A model generated the notes under the pieces. It was not told where the DNA came from and did no database searches. It worked only from the letters and a program-made list of their open reading frames with translations. Shown here piece after piece: positions 23,265 through 36,710 of a stretch of DNA of 64,000 nucleotides. Source of the stretch: Raja brachyura (taxonomy: Eukaryota); the NCBI GenBank assembly GCA_963514005.1, contig OY740814.1, positions 11,718,001 through 11,782,000 on the forward strand. The letters run 5' to 3'. Position 1 is the stretch's first letter. Each line of letters opens with the position of its first letter. Both the position numbers and the translations under genes were made by a program.

Positions 23265-24190
23265 TCTAGAATCCATATTAGTATATTATTGTTACACGTA
23301 CCGAGATAAAACAAAGTTTTGCAATGTGTGTGCTATCCAGGGGGATCAAACACAAGTGTAATCATACCATACACAGTACAACAGATAATACTAAAGAGAA
23401 ATATAATGTTAAAGCCACAAAGAAAGTGCAGATACTAAATGCAAGGGCCACAATGAGGTTGATTAGGAATTTAACCTTAGCATGAGCAGTCTGTTCAAAA
23501 TTCTGACAATAGCAGGAGCAGAAGCTGTTCTTGGATCTGGTACGTTGCTTGCAGTCTTTTGCACCGCCTGCCTAACATAAGGGGGAGGGAGGAGTGACAA
23601 GGGTGTAAGTGGTACTTGATTACGTTGCTTGCTTTCCAGAGGCAACTAGACATGCAGATGGAGTCAATGGGGAAGGGGAAAGGGCTATTTGAAGCAGAAT
23701 TTGGCCACACATTTGAGAATGCACATGGAGTTCAGTAAAGGGCTGAGGACCTAGCTTGCGGGTACAGGTGTTGAGAATTATCGTAGAGGATGCTTTGCAG
23801 CGCGACCTTAAGGGCCTGTCCCACTTTCACGACCTAATTCACGACCTTTTTTACTCGTGCGCATTTTTACTCAGGCTAGAAATACGCCCCGACCTACTTG
23901 ATGCCACGAGTACCTACGATTAGCATCACGGCCTGCTACGACCTACCTACGACCTCGTGACGACGATGCTGCGAGTATGAGTCAAGGGCAAACTCGGCAG
24001 AGGTCATGAATTAGGTCGTGAAAGTGGGACAGGCCCTTTACTGATTGCGGCCTACAGGTGAGAAAGTCAAGGATTCAGTTACAGAAGCAGATGCTGAGGC
24101 CTAGGTCCAGAAATTTAGTTCAAATTTGGTGAAGGCAGAGCTATAATCAATAAATAGGGTGTCTGATGAGGATGTTCTTGTTATCCCTGG
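23265..24190 (-). mobile_element. Rex1/Babar-type LINE fragment (RT to 3' end)
   Basis: Minus strand LFIDYSSAF-like (24150), LNT..PQ..VLSPLL-like (23740-23780), accagatccaagaacagcttct, and 3' end atctcggtacgtgtaacaataa. Confidence 0.7.
23811..24037. mobile_element. PIF/Harbinger-type MITE
   Basis: 37-bp TIRs agggcctgtcccactttcacgacctaattcacgacct and aggtcatgaattaggtcgtgaaagtgggacaggccct, with a TTA 3-bp TSD on both sides. Confidence 0.88.
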
Positions 24191-26333
24191 ATTATTTTGC
24201 CAGTCAATTCCAAACTATGCACTCTGGACATCCACTTACTCGTACCATACGAAGTAGTATGTTTTGATTTGGTGCACTATAATTTCAAGGGGGAGAGGAG
24301 AATGCTAGTTGACTCAAATTCCTAATACACTTGATGTGAAGTACAGAGGCACCCTTTCTCCAACACCAATACACAAAACATACCATTTCCCCTTTTTTTT
24401 TTAAACAAGTTACAACTATACCAATGAGTTAGAATCCATGGAAAATATTTATATAATCTGAACAATGTATAATTGTGTAGTTGGAGGAACTTAAATCTCA
24501 TCAAAAAGAGATCAACTCCAACAGTGCAGCACTCTGTTGGTACTACACAAATGTGTACAGACATAAAAAATGTACAGACTGAAAAATTGAAATAAATAGA
24601 AAATGCTACAAAGATTCAGCAGGTCTTAGCGCATCTGAGGAAATAGAAACAGTTAACATTTCAAATGTCACCTGACCGCTATTTGTTTCCAGCATTCTAT
24701 TATGTCAATTTGGATTTGTTTGCCAGTCTCCAAAATAAGACCCGAACTCACAACCTGCTGCCTCACAAGAATCTACCAAATGATACACAGCCAACAATGA
24801 TATTGGCATGAGGACTTAGAAACAGAATATTGAAGAAAATAAATGGCATCCAAGTTAGTTGAGCGATAACTGGTAAAAAAAAACTCAGTCAAGGTGTGCA
24901 AGTGAGACTGTGCATTTCAAATGTTTCCAAATAAACATCTTTGTACTCTCAATCTTCACTCAGTGAGACATGTCAACATGTCCTGATTTTCTACATGCCC
25001 TGATTATTAAGAACGATATATGAAAGATTAATAACCTGCACAAGACTCAAGAAACTTTGGAAAATCATCATTTATAAGACAATTTTACAAAATCAACCAA
25101 AAATTCATTAACTTTAAACCAGCAGCCCCAGAACAGAAATGTATGATTACGTTTAGATGACATGTGAAACAAGCAAAAGCCTAATTAAATTGCTGTGTTA
25201 TATTTACATATGCAACTCGTTTATTGAAAATCACTATTTTCTCCTTGATACTCAAATTTTTTTCCCCTTAAAATTTAAGAAACATTAATCAAATCTATGG
25301 AAAAGAGGGCAAATTATTTCCTTCCAATAAAAATTACAGTCAACAATTCCTTTCACTGATTATCAACGGTTGTTCAAGTATCCAAACGGTGCCACGAAGC
25401 AATACAGTATAACGGTTCAAACTTGGACTAGTTTTGGCAAACGTGAATCAAAATGCGCAGTCAGAAACAAAACATATATACAAAGTCAAAAATTAAAATT
25501 CTCCAATACCAATAAAATTATCCAACATTCTAAAAAGCAAAAAAACTGCCGACAAAGATGCATATTCCATCGAAAATATAATTAAACATATTTAGAGCAA
25601 ACCATGTAGAATTACTTATCCAAACATTTTCATTTTCCCATTTTACACTTAAAAGTATGCTTAAAAGCAATCTTCTTTATTGACCTGACTACATACACCT
25701 CTGACAACTTGTCACACATCTCACAGTGAAAAACGACAAGATAACCAAAAATCGGGGGGGGGGGGGGGGAGCTCAACATAGATGGAGAGCTTTTGGTCCT
25801 TTTTGCAATTCTTTTTTTGTGTTATATTGTGAAATACAAGTCCATTCTCTGGCCTCTGACATTACCCAAGGAAACATTATTACAAAACGTACACATAATT
25901 AATAACTATTAGCATATGGGATAATTCAATTTTTGACAGAAGAAATTCAGCTTAATCCTACATATGAAAATGTAATACCCATTTCAAAAAACCTTTCAGT
26001 TTTAATTTCACAAACTGAACAGCATTTCATTTTCAATCCATGCTTCCTGAAACCGTAAATAGCAGACCATATCACTTATCTCTGCACTAATCCTTAAAAC
26101 CTCCAAAGATTTATGATTAACCCCCAAAAGGCTTAACATCTCCCCACTCATCTTCACTGTGGATTAAGAAGACTTGGGGGAAAAAAATACATTTAAAGTA
26201 CCAGTATTTAGAACATGTCAGCACTAACAAACCTCCAAAAGATTGATACATCCATGACAAACAATTAGAAAAATAAATGTCTCTTAATAAAACCATTTCA
26301 AAATACTTATTATAGACAGTATTTAAATCTTAC

Positions 26334-26406
26334 CCGAGCCACCAAACTGACTGCTTGCAAGTGTAGTTGGTCCATTTTTTCCACTATTAACAGGAGGCGA
26401 AAACAT
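26334..26406 (-). CDS. TCF12: TCF12/HEB second coding exon (73 nt), MFSPPVNSGKNGPTTLASSQFGGS(G)
   Basis: cttttttttag|ATG TTT TCG CCT CCT GTT AAT AGT GGA AAA ... GGC TCG G|gtaaga. Canonical splice sites, E-protein AD1 sequence. Confidence 0.95.
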
Positions 26407-26980
26407 CTAAAAAAAGACATTGAGATTAATGAGTTTACTCTTATGGGTTTAATATATCTAAACCTATTTAAAAAGATAATGCAATACACAAAATCTGCAT
26501 TTGCGATTCAAACAAGGACTGTGATGTAATTACTTTTTTTTAAATTAATACCAATTACAATATATTGCAAGGATTGCCTCTACTGATCATCAGGACCATA
26601 AATTGCAAAACTGATGAAGAGCGACTTCTAATAAAAACATAGTATTGGGCGATTTAAATAAAAATGTATTTGCCATTTTCACCTATCTAACAATACTGAT
26701 CAGGTGAAACCTGGAGCTGGTCAAAGCATCGACAACTTTAGGCAAGGAGAAAACATTCTAAAATAATTCAATGCTAACTTAAAATTAAACGTGTGCTGAA
26801 CATCACTAAAAATTGTAGCACTTTCCAAGTGAATCTATCCCTGTAAAACTTATGGACTTGAAGTCTAGACATAATCTAAAACTTCAGGAGCTCCTTTGCG
26901 CCTAAACTGGAACCTGGCAATACCACATGCTTTCACATGGTTTGTGCGATGGGCAAAACATGTTAAAGATAAAGCCTTCA

Positions 26981-27070
<90 letters not shown>

Positions 27071-27479
27071 TTATTCTCACTAAACCTATGAACAAAACAC
27101 ATGAACCCACATTACTTAAAAAACAATACATTTAGTTGTATATATATTTTTAAAAAGCCAACAAATGCTCTAAAAGTTTGCTGGGAGGCGTGGAGCAGAA
27201 GAATGAAGAAAGATTTTAAATCCACGATTCCAACTCTCAAACAAATAAGACTGGAGGGAACTTCCTGTGCAAGTAAAAGTCTCCATCAGACTCCGGCCGC
27301 AATAAAGAAAGCGCGTCCCTTCTCAACCACAAAAGTATAAGTTACTTTACCAGAAATGACAGGCAATCTGCTAACATTCCACATGACAAAGACTAGTTAA
27401 CCTCGACTGGCAAACCCCCATGCAAGTGTTTTGAAGAGGTTAAATCACCAGTATTAAGTTTTGTGTAGAGCAGCCTCCA

Positions 27480-28070
27480 GCAGTGTTTGCTGGGCGGGGG
27501 TGAAGGGGACGAACTCCTTCACAGATGCTCCCCCTCTTTCTGAGGGTTTAAGCGGAGTTGCGGCCGTCCCGCGCTCCCGGACCGGGCGACGTTTGCAGCC
27601 GATGGTGCCTCTCCTCCTCCTCCTCCTGCCCGCCCGGCCCGGCCCGGCCCGACCTGGCCTCCCAGTCACCCCGCTCTTGCCCTCCCGAGGCCCAGGCTCC
27701 CGCTGCCTGCCAACAACAAAACTCGTCTCCCTGCCGCCTCAACTTTGTCCGTCCGCCCGCCCGCCCGCCCCCCTCCTCTTCTCGCTCACCTCCCCTCCCC
27801 ACTCCACTCCGTCAAACATCCAACCTGCAGCGGCTCCGCTCTCGGGTGAGGGCTTCGACTCCCCCACCCCGCGATCGGCCACGGTGCCGGCCTCCACTGG
27901 CGGGGCTTGGCGGGAGCAGGCAGGGAGCGAGCGAGCGAGCGCGTGAGGCGGCCTCAGCCCGCGCCCTCCGCAGCCGCCGATCCTTCCAGCGGACTTTTTT
28001 TTGGGGGGGGGGGGAGTGAGAGGGCTGAGTCGCGTCACCACGCCGCTTGAAGACGCTGTATCCCTCCGAG
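27480..28070. promoter_or_regulatory. CpG-island promoter of TCF12
   Basis: Abrupt very GC/CpG-rich block in AT-rich surroundings, GC-box-like ccgccc runs, ~0.5-1 kb upstream of the first coding exon. Confidence 0.85.
27790..28002 (-). other. TCF12: Probable non-coding exon 1 of TCF12
   Basis: Lies inside the CpG island and ends at a good donor GGAG|gtgagc (GT at 27789-27788). The 5' boundary is a guess near aaaaaaaagtccgctggaagg, which resembles the mammalian TCF12 mRNA start as I recall it (unverified). Confidence 0.55.
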
Positions 28071-29064
28071 CTGCTGCTTGTGCAAAGACTAGGAATCGTG
28101 TACCTTCCTTGCCTGCCTTGGAAGCCCCTCTCTGCAGGAGACTGAATATGCAGTGTGCAATCTAATGCTTACACTTGCATCTTGGTGGATGTTGAGATTA
28201 CAAAAAAAAATGATAATGAGTGCGAAGGATCCTTTGTTTGCGGTATGTTTTCCCCTGTATTTGATTGACGGCAGATTAGTTGATGAGGTCGAATTACACG
28301 CATGGCCAGTCAGATGTTATCTTCCTGTAGTACGGAGGCCAATATATACATACACACACACACACACACATATATATATATTCATCCTGTAGGCAATGTT
28401 TACTGAATATATATGGCTTCGAAATAACTGGCATCAGTGGAAGAGAACAGAACCATGTCAACAAATAGATGGCAGTGGTAATAATGTTACTTTAAAAACA
28501 TGCAACTGTTCATGTTGATAACGATAGGCTACACAGTTTTTTAACTTGGAATAATTTTAATTGTGCATTGTCTGGAATCGTGGCTTGTGTGAAACTATTT
28601 CATTGTCATAGACATTGGAAGATCAAAGCTATATCTGGACAAACGAAACAATCCTCGGAATTAATTAATGCCGTTAGAAAGGAAATCGCTTTATCATATT
28701 AACAATAAATAACGCGTTGAATTATTCATACTTAGTTGGAATTAATGTTTATTTTTGTCATTTACATATGTTCGAACTCAACAAGATATCCAACAGTATG
28801 CTTTTCACTCAAGATTGCAGCATCTGCAGTCTCTTGTGTCTGCCACAACACATCTTACTTTCAATTTAATGGGACACTCAAACATTATGGCGATATGAAT
28901 GTAATTTTAATGAAGAGTGTGGGATTTCTAAATCTGATTTGGTTTAACAATAATCACCACAAAAATACTCGAAAAGAGATTGACCTGCGTAAAATCAGGA
29001 TTTTCGTGCTTTTATGCTCAGTTTTAATCGTTTGTTCCTACAGTTTATTTTTAATTGTCTGTTT

Positions 29065-29560
29065 GTTCGCCGCTGGACTCGGCAATCCCCGCGCGATTGA
29101 AAGGTAGCGGAAGGGGAGGCGATCAATCGAACTGAAGTTAGAAAGATTTATGGAGGGCCATCACATCTAACAGAGAAAGCAACATGTGACATTTGTCGAA
29201 CCCGCGCCATTTAGTTGACCCACTGAAGAGGATTGGTCTTTGCGCGTTGCTCTCTCAACTGGGTTCGAATACACTACATTTGTGTTGAAATCCTGCTGGC
29301 AAACAAAAAACGGAAGTTCGGGCACCATCCAGCCCTTCCCAAGATCCCCTGTTCTTTCATCCCACAAAATCGGTTCGGGGTGGAGGCAGAGCAGCGGCTG
29401 CTGCAGCTCCGAGCGATCAGACGGCAGCGCCGCATCCCCGGGTCACCGCCGCTGGGAACCTTGGACACAAAGCACCCGGTTCCAGCGGCAAAACAGGGTT
29501 AAAAAGCCCCCCGCTCCGCCCCTCATCTGTTGAAATCACAGCCCCATAGCTGTTCGTGGG
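29065..29560. promoter_or_regulatory. Second small CpG island, promoter-like
   Basis: CpG-rich, with ETS-like gcggaagg (~29107) and acggaagt (~29310) and YY1-like cgccattt (~29204). Confidence 0.5.
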
Positions 29561-32500
29561 GAATTCTTTCACACGAAAACGCAAAGTAATTTAAATAAAA
29601 ACAAACTATCATGAACATTTAAAAAATAACAGTTCCCATGCACATTCATTCCCTACGTTTCCAGCTCCAACTCTTTATCGGTTGAGTTTACTCAGCAACT
29701 TTAATATCCCGACATTTCATCCACTGAAATGCTAAATGCTACTATTTTAAGGTGTTCTATTGGTGAAAGATAATGTCCGTTTCACCAGGAATGGCCTTCC
29801 GCTAAAGTAAACGGCACTGTATAGTTTGCTGTGGCCTCAGTTTACAGACGAAAGACACGGGACTGCCAAATTGTGAACACCGAGGATCAATGTCAGCTGT
29901 AACTCCGTATAATTATTGTCAATTACATGGCACAACGTGGCTCGTTAATCTAAAATATCACATCACATCTCTCAATAAAATAATCTGATAATTTGCTTCA
30001 TTGGCCGTGAAGCCTTTGAGATGCCCGAAAGTCGTGGGAGGTGCTTTGTTTTCCTGTATGAAAATGCTTTATATGATAGAGAATACATTTGTGTGCAAAT
30101 AAATGTGATAAGTACTGTTCAATTTTGATTATCTTCTCTAACTAGCTTAAACTAGAACTAATTGAAAAGTACTTAGATATGACGGTTAATATCTACATTA
30201 ATCTGACAATTTACAATTCCTTCCAGTACACAATTTCTAGATTGGAGGCACAAGAAACTATAGATGCTGGAATCTTGAGTAAAACACAAAGTGTTGGAGG
30301 AATTCAGCAGATCGGGCAGCATCCATGGAGGGAATAAGCAGACAACGTTTCGGGTCTGGTCCCATTCACACAATCTTTAAATATTGTGTAGAGGAGATAA
30401 AAGTATATCAATAACGTGTTTGCATTCAATCCATATTAATGTTTGATTTCTACTTCAATCTGAACAACGGTCTTTAAACGTCAGGAAAATCGTAAACCAC
30501 TCTGCTATATAATTTGCTCTAAGGCGGCAGAGACAAGTTTATTATCATCATCAGAACAAGAGAACCCACCAAAGATTGCGTTAAAGGGCAGTCCATCCGT
30601 CTCTATCAGCCTGTTTAAGTAATGTATCTGGGAAACTTTGTCATGTTCCTTTAAAATGCAAATGGACAAATTGGAGCTTTGGATATGTCGCTAGAAATGA
30701 TATTATTCTCTCAAGTCACAGAAGCCATAGCGAGATTGTCTGCTGCCAAGTATAGGTTTTCATTTTCTGTCATGTATTCACCCACGGGCTGTTTCATTCA
30801 TTTAAAAAGAAAACAAGCTAAGAATTGAGCCTTCAAGTTTATTCTGTTGCTAATCGGATCTTATTATCCCAACAAGTTTGTCAAGAAATATACACTTCGA
30901 TAATGACTCCTACAAACTCACATCGGAAATTACTTCTGCGCACGCAACGAAGAATTTTAATTTCCTGTTATTTATTCAACATCTAATTTACTTCTCTATC
31001 TATTATCAATAAAACCCCAAATATAAAACACGTACTTCCATATTCAAGCGACGAGAGTCTAAGTGTGTTGACGCGTCTTGGTGGCAATGTTTCGTGAATT
31101 GATCATGGCCTTTGCATTACATTGCCTGCGACGTAATTTCAGCTTTCAGAGGAAGTATCTGCCACAGTTTACGCTGACACAATATGCAGTCAATCTTACT
31201 CCAGTCAATCTTACTCCGTGTATCCGAATATGATATCAGCAATACTGACAACCCGGTGAAGCAATCCTCATGTATACAAGGCTGGTAGACTGAGTGTTAA
31301 TTCACAGTTGATTTGAGAGGCTCGTTTGGAGGTTCTGTTGGTCTAATTAATGAAACGAGAATCCGCGTTGAAATTACACTCGTTTGCCGCAATTGTTTAA
31401 CACCAGAAAGGCCACATACCAGGACAGTCCCGTTACACCCAGATTTGATTAGCGGATTGGAAATTGTTCCACGCTGGTGTCTTTTTAAGACGGCAAGATC
31501 ACGAGGTAAATAGGAATGATCGTCATGTTTCATCTGTTATTGAATTTAACGGTGACATCAGCAGATTTTAAACGATAACAAATTGTAGTTCTTTTCACGC
31601 TGCACCGTGGTTCAATTATGGTTTGAGCATATATATTTTATTGACGTTAGTTTAAAAGAAAATCACGTCCCGTCTGTTTCCGCGGAGTTCGGATATTGCA
31701 TTAGAATGCTAACATAGAATGACAGCAGTACATAACACGCACGGACCGGGCTGCTTAAAGTTGATGTCTGACATCCGCTGTGTTTACATAATAAAAACAC
31801 AAACGCCGTCACAAACAGGAACATTGCAAATGAAAAGGAGAGCACGTACCTCGGTATTCAGGCTAATTGGTGCAGCATGAAGAGGAAGACTTTGTAAAGT
31901 TCTGCCAGTGAGACGATTCCTGCCAGCAGCATCTAGTGTCACTGTATTGACAGCCGAACAAAGGTGCTCCCGGCTCAGAGAGGGCGAGGAGAAAGGAGTG
32001 ATCTGCAGGGATTCCCGTGCAAAATTCCACGCTAAAAATGGCTGATAAAGTGAAACTGTGATTTTCGAATAATTTAATATATATTTCTAATACAGAAGTC
32101 TATTTGAAAACCATATACCTCAGATGTTTCTCTTCTAACTAAACAACTCATATAATTAGTCGGTGTTTATCCCAGCGGAGAGATGCGAAGGTTATTGTAG
32201 AAAGCTGGAATGATTTTGCACCACATATGATTTCATTGCAAAGTACGTGATCTGTGCTTCGTTTTATTACCTTTACAAGGTGGCTGCAGATTGGAGCATT
32301 TGTCCAGGATAACTCCCTTAGAAATTCAATAAAACCTGCTCATATCTGTGGAAGACGGGTTAATATTGGACTTCAGATTCGTTATCAGGTTTTCTTCTGT
32401 TCAATTGCCACGGATTTGAAATGATGCAATTAGCGTCACCTGTTGGCAGCGAGAAAGTGGAACGTGTTATATCAGCCCAGTCTCGCATTGTTTTTGGCTT

Positions 32501-32964
32501 TGCTGCCAGCGCTGAATCTCTTGGAATCAAATCCGAATTCTTCAGCAATCCTCCAAAGAGTCTTAACTTCCGTTGATTTCCATTGAGCTTCTACGGTCTC
32601 TTGAACTTTGAAAAAAAAAGTATTTTTAAATATTTTCCGCTTGAATACAAACGATGAAACAACCCTGTCAGCGCTCCCAAGTTTGTAGACAGCACCCGCT
32701 ACAGTATCTGCATTCCCCAAAGGGACCTGCACGAACGCTGTAGGAGCACAGCTCTGAGCTGATTCTGGGATTAGCATTCGCCGAGCGAGTGTGCTCACCG
32801 ATGGAAGGACCCGTGTTCTGTGTTGACGATTGACGAATGCAAGAAAAATGAAACCAAACAAGTATCTTTCAAGTTTTGACACTGGTGTGAATTTGAAGCG
32901 CCGGCGGTCATTGGACCCAAGCGCAGCCATGAGGAACTCGGCCGTTGCAGCCACTTCCCAACCG

Positions 32965-33330
32965 GTTGCAGTTTTGGCACTGACTCACAAGGTTGTGGGT
33001 TTAAATCCTACCCCAGAGACTTGCACAAAGTTCTCGGTCGGCCCTTCACTGAAGGAGCGCTGTTGGAGCTGTTGTTTCCGAGACAAGTTGTTACACTACG
33101 TGCCCTGTTTGTCTTCTCAGCTGGGCGCTAACAACCCATGTCACTGTTTCAAAGATCAGGAGGGTTGCCACTGGAGTCCAAGACGATATACAAACTTGAC
33201 CAACATTTCCAAAATATTCCCCTCCGTCAACATTTGTAGTCGCTATTTTGAGATTTCTTTGTGCGCAAGTTGACTGTCAGGGTTCATTCATTAAAATAGT
33301 GGCCACACTTCAAATGTAAAGCGCTTATTA
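32965..33330 (+). mobile_element. Deu-domain SINE (SacSINE1/AmnSINE-like)
   Basis: tRNA B-box-like gggtttaaatcc, Deu-like cccatgtcactgttt...ctttgtgcgcaagttgactg...cacacttcaaa, and tail gtaaagcgct. Confidence 0.6.
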
Positions 33331-33333
33331 AGG

Positions 33334-33460
33334 TGTGCGGAAAGGAACTGCAGATGCGGGTTTATACCGAAGATAGACACACAGTGCTGGAGTAACTCGG
33401 CGGATCAGGCAGCACCTCTGAAGAAAAAGGATGGGTGATGTTTTGGGTCGCGACCCTCCA
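33334..33460 (-). mobile_element. Solo Penelope-tail copy
   Basis: gtgtgcggaaaggaactgcagatgc...ggagtaactc...gggtcgcgaccc, same family as 10261-10390. Confidence 0.8.
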
Positions 33461-33844
33461 GCAGTTTGAGATGCTCGGAAGGCTGCTTTAAAACAAGTAT
33501 TTCCGTTCAGCCAATACCTTTGAAATTATATGCAGTGTTTGTGTGCGCATAGAACATCTAACATGGAAATCGCAACCAACCGTCAGTTTTTCTGCATACT
33601 CGCATCGTTTAAACATTCCAAGCAAAGATTGGCTCCGTGCGAGCCAGTTGATTTGCATCAATGTTACTGGTATAGTTGGAGCTTGATGGACGATGGTAAT
33701 GATTGGGTCACAACCAGAAGATTTCATTTCTGGAAATGAACAAATATACAAGTTACAAAAGACACTCAGTATTCAAACGGTATGGTTTCATTTCCATATG
33801 TGCAGTGCAGTCCAGTCACATCTTCAGCTGGTGCAAATGGTGAA

Positions 33845-34250
33845 TAGGAATGAGACTGGATAGGGTAGGGGATTTTCATTCATGGATCTAAGGACCTTGT
33901 AGAGATGCATAACATCAGGAGGGAGATAGATAACACAAGTTATCACGGAATTTTCTCAGGATAGAGAAGTCTAAAAATAAATGGCATGGGTTAATGGGGG
34001 AAAGATTTAGAGGTTTAGAGGGACATTTATTTCACAGAGAGGATGGTAAGTATGTGGAATGAGCTGTCAGAGGAAGTGAGGGAGAATTGAACAATTACCA
34101 GGTTTTGAAAGACTTTTGGAGAGGTACAAGGCAGGTATGGTTCAGAGGCGTAGGTGTCAAACACAGGCAAATGGGAATACCTCAGGTAGAGTAATTGGCT
34201 TGCATGGGCGAGGTGGGCCAAAAAGCCGGTTTCTTTGCTGTACCACTCTA
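33845..34250 (+). mobile_element. CR1 LINE 3' fragment
   Basis: ttcacagagaggatggtaagtatgtggaatgagctg (FT.R.V..WNEL) and 3' end gggccaaaaagccggtttctttgctgtaccactct. Confidence 0.75.
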
Positions 34251-35284
34251 ATGAGTTAAAACAAAACTGCTGGTGGCGCCGATGATCATCTACAATTGAC
34301 CAGTACCAGCTCAACAACAAAAACTATCATTTAAAGTATTCAAAGGCACCAGAATGGGATGTTGGACCATTCCAAACCATTTATTGAGTGCATTTTGGAG
34401 GCTGAGGTTCTACACAGCTGGAGTGGATATAAATCCAGATGCAGATCGGAAATATCATTTACATGTGTTTCTGTCATATTTGTAGCACATTCATAGAATC
34501 ATTAAAACATCTGGTTTGGAAGCAACCATTCAGGCTATGTTACATATCTGTCAAAAATTGAAGTATTTAGATTACTCCCAATCTCAGTTTGTTGTCAATG
34601 ACCTCGTAAGTTAAAGCTGTTTAAGTGCTCATCCAACATTGACCACAAAGATTTCACTGTTGTTTAAAATATATCAATGTAGTTCTTTCCAGGCTGTTCT
34701 TTATACATTTTTGTAATAAAAATTCTGCCACGGACCAATGGGTATCTTGAGATGTCCTCAGTGCCACTTATTTAACTATTAAAACGTCAATAATGAAAGT
34801 TTTCTTCCACCATATGAGTTGGTGGCTGAAAAGGATTACTCCAAGTATGATTACATCGAAGGCATCCATTTCCATCGAAGGCAGATGGACCACTGCACTA
34901 ATAATACCAAACACACACAGCAAGCACAAGGCAAAATATTCTTTTCATTGTCAATATTTTCTAAACCCATGCAAAATGTCAATATAATCATGAGGTTCGT
35001 TTTACAAGTAAACACTTTCAGAAAAGATTGATGCAAAATCAGGAATCTACGGATAGGAAATTCAGGGTGGAAAAATCGGGCCAGCCAGAATTCTGAGAGC
35101 ATAAATCTCTTTTGCAGAAAATAAAGATTTATTTATGGTCTCTGAGCACGATTGTAAATATAATGCTGATTGTGCTGTTGGCACAGAACAAGTCAAATGC
35201 TTTGTCAGTGACTGAAGATTATTTTGGATACTCTTCCTTTGTCAAATTAATTACAAAACCCAAATGTTGCTGTACTTGGTGAAG

Positions 35285-36462
35285 TGTGGCCTGTCCCTCC
35301 CTCGTACGCCACAGGGATCATCTGTGCTGCTTCCAGTTCATCTGGGGGTCGAGGATGGACCGGGTGCGACGAGCCACAATGCACAAGTCTTCAGACAACG
35401 GAGATGAAAGTGCGCTCAACATCACCCTCACCCTGATGGCCACCTTTGTGTGTGGCTGCATCAGGCGGAGTGTAGAGCCAAGGCACGTGGACACCAAGTG
35501 TCACTACCTGCTGAGGTTCTACCTGTCCTCGGGGTTCCGAAGGATGGCCTGGCATAGAAGCCACGAAATGTTACAGTCAGCTGGACATTGCTGCACCATC
35601 TGTCGCTCGTGGAAAGGTTCTTCCGGACCAACACCTTTGACCACAAGTCCATCGGGCAGTGGTCAGCATGGAACGTCCTGCAGGCACTGCAGGGAAATGA
35701 CTCCATGGATGCTGTGGCATGGTTCCCAGAGCAGACTACACAGCTTGTCTGGCGAAATGCCTCATTGCCAGAACTCACCAACAAGCACCAAGACCTGGCT
35801 TGGCTGGCAGTGAGGGGAGCCCTCCCCATCAGATCCTTCCTCACCACCAGCACACGCTGCCCTTGGGACGGTTGCTATGGAGAGGAGACAGTTGCCCACG
35901 TCTTTGCTGAGTGTGGATTTGCAAAGCGAGTCTGGAGAGGTCTGGAAAGGGTCCCTGTCACGATTTATTCCAAATGAGCTCTGTCACAGAGGACTCTGTG
36001 ATTTACGGACTGTTGCCAGGGACGCATTCAGAGACTGACATCGAGTGCTGTTGGACGGTCATCAACTTGGTGAAAGATGCTCCTTGGTCTGCCCGAGCTT
36101 TGTTGACCTCCCAGCGGAGCAGGATATCTGTCTGGGAATGTTGCCGACTGGCCCGCTGCAGACTGCAGGAATACGTGCTGAGGGACGCACTGAAGCTCGA
36201 TGCAGCCAACGCCAAGGCTCGGTGGGGGAGGACCACAGTCTAGGATCCTTCCGCTGCTAGACATGGGGTGCAGGGTGTGGTGGAGACGCCCCTCAAAAAT
36301 AAGGGAAGGGATTACATGCCAGTGGGCCACATGAGTGACAAGGGTGGGGGATAAATTTGTGTAAACAGAATTGAATGTTTGTATAGCCTCCGAGAATGTC
36401 AGATGAATTTTTTGCACGGTTTCTGTATTGTATATATTTATTTCTTGAATAAAACAAAAAAA
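35285..36462 (+). mobile_element. Tx1/L1-clade LINE, 5'-truncated (ORF2 C-terminus, 3'UTR, A-tail)
   Basis: FQFIWGSRMDRVRRATM, VWRNASLPELTNKHQDLAWLAVRGALP, zinc knuckle CPWDGCYGEETVAHVFAEC. Ends aataaaacaaaaaaa. Confidence 0.88.
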
Positions 36463-36564
36463 TGTTTCATTGTTCTGTTAACAGGAGCACCCTTATTCTA
36501 AATACATGCTAAAGAGTGGCTATCGGTCTCAGCTAGGCTCCTGTTCTGTTCTTCGAATTAGAAA

Positions 36565-36710
36565 CAAAGAACTGCAGATGTTGGTTAATACACAAAAGTA
36601 CACAAAGAAAGATGGGAAGAAGGGTCTCGACCCAAAACGACACTTATCCATGTTCTCTAGATATGCTGTCTGACCTGCTGAATAACTACAGCACTTTGGG
36701 TCCTTTTGTT
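36565..36710. mobile_element. Penelope-tail copy with inverted partial copy
   Basis: Minus-orientation aactgcagatgttggtt..acacaaaagt followed by plus-orientation gaagaagggtctcgacccaaaacgacac...cagcacttt. Confidence 0.75.

Noticed and set aside
27454-28041. Several overlapping 70-160 aa Pro/Arg/Ala-rich ORFs
   Set aside because: Expected by-product of the stop-poor CpG island. No domain similarity, and the real TCF12 start is at 27064.
32472-32954. 160-aa minus-strand ORF
   Set aside because: No recognisable motif, it runs through poly-T acceptor-like sequence, and it overlaps an equally uninformative plus-strand ORF.
32965-33020. tRNA gene
   Set aside because: Only a degenerate B-box in a SINE head, with no cloverleaf.
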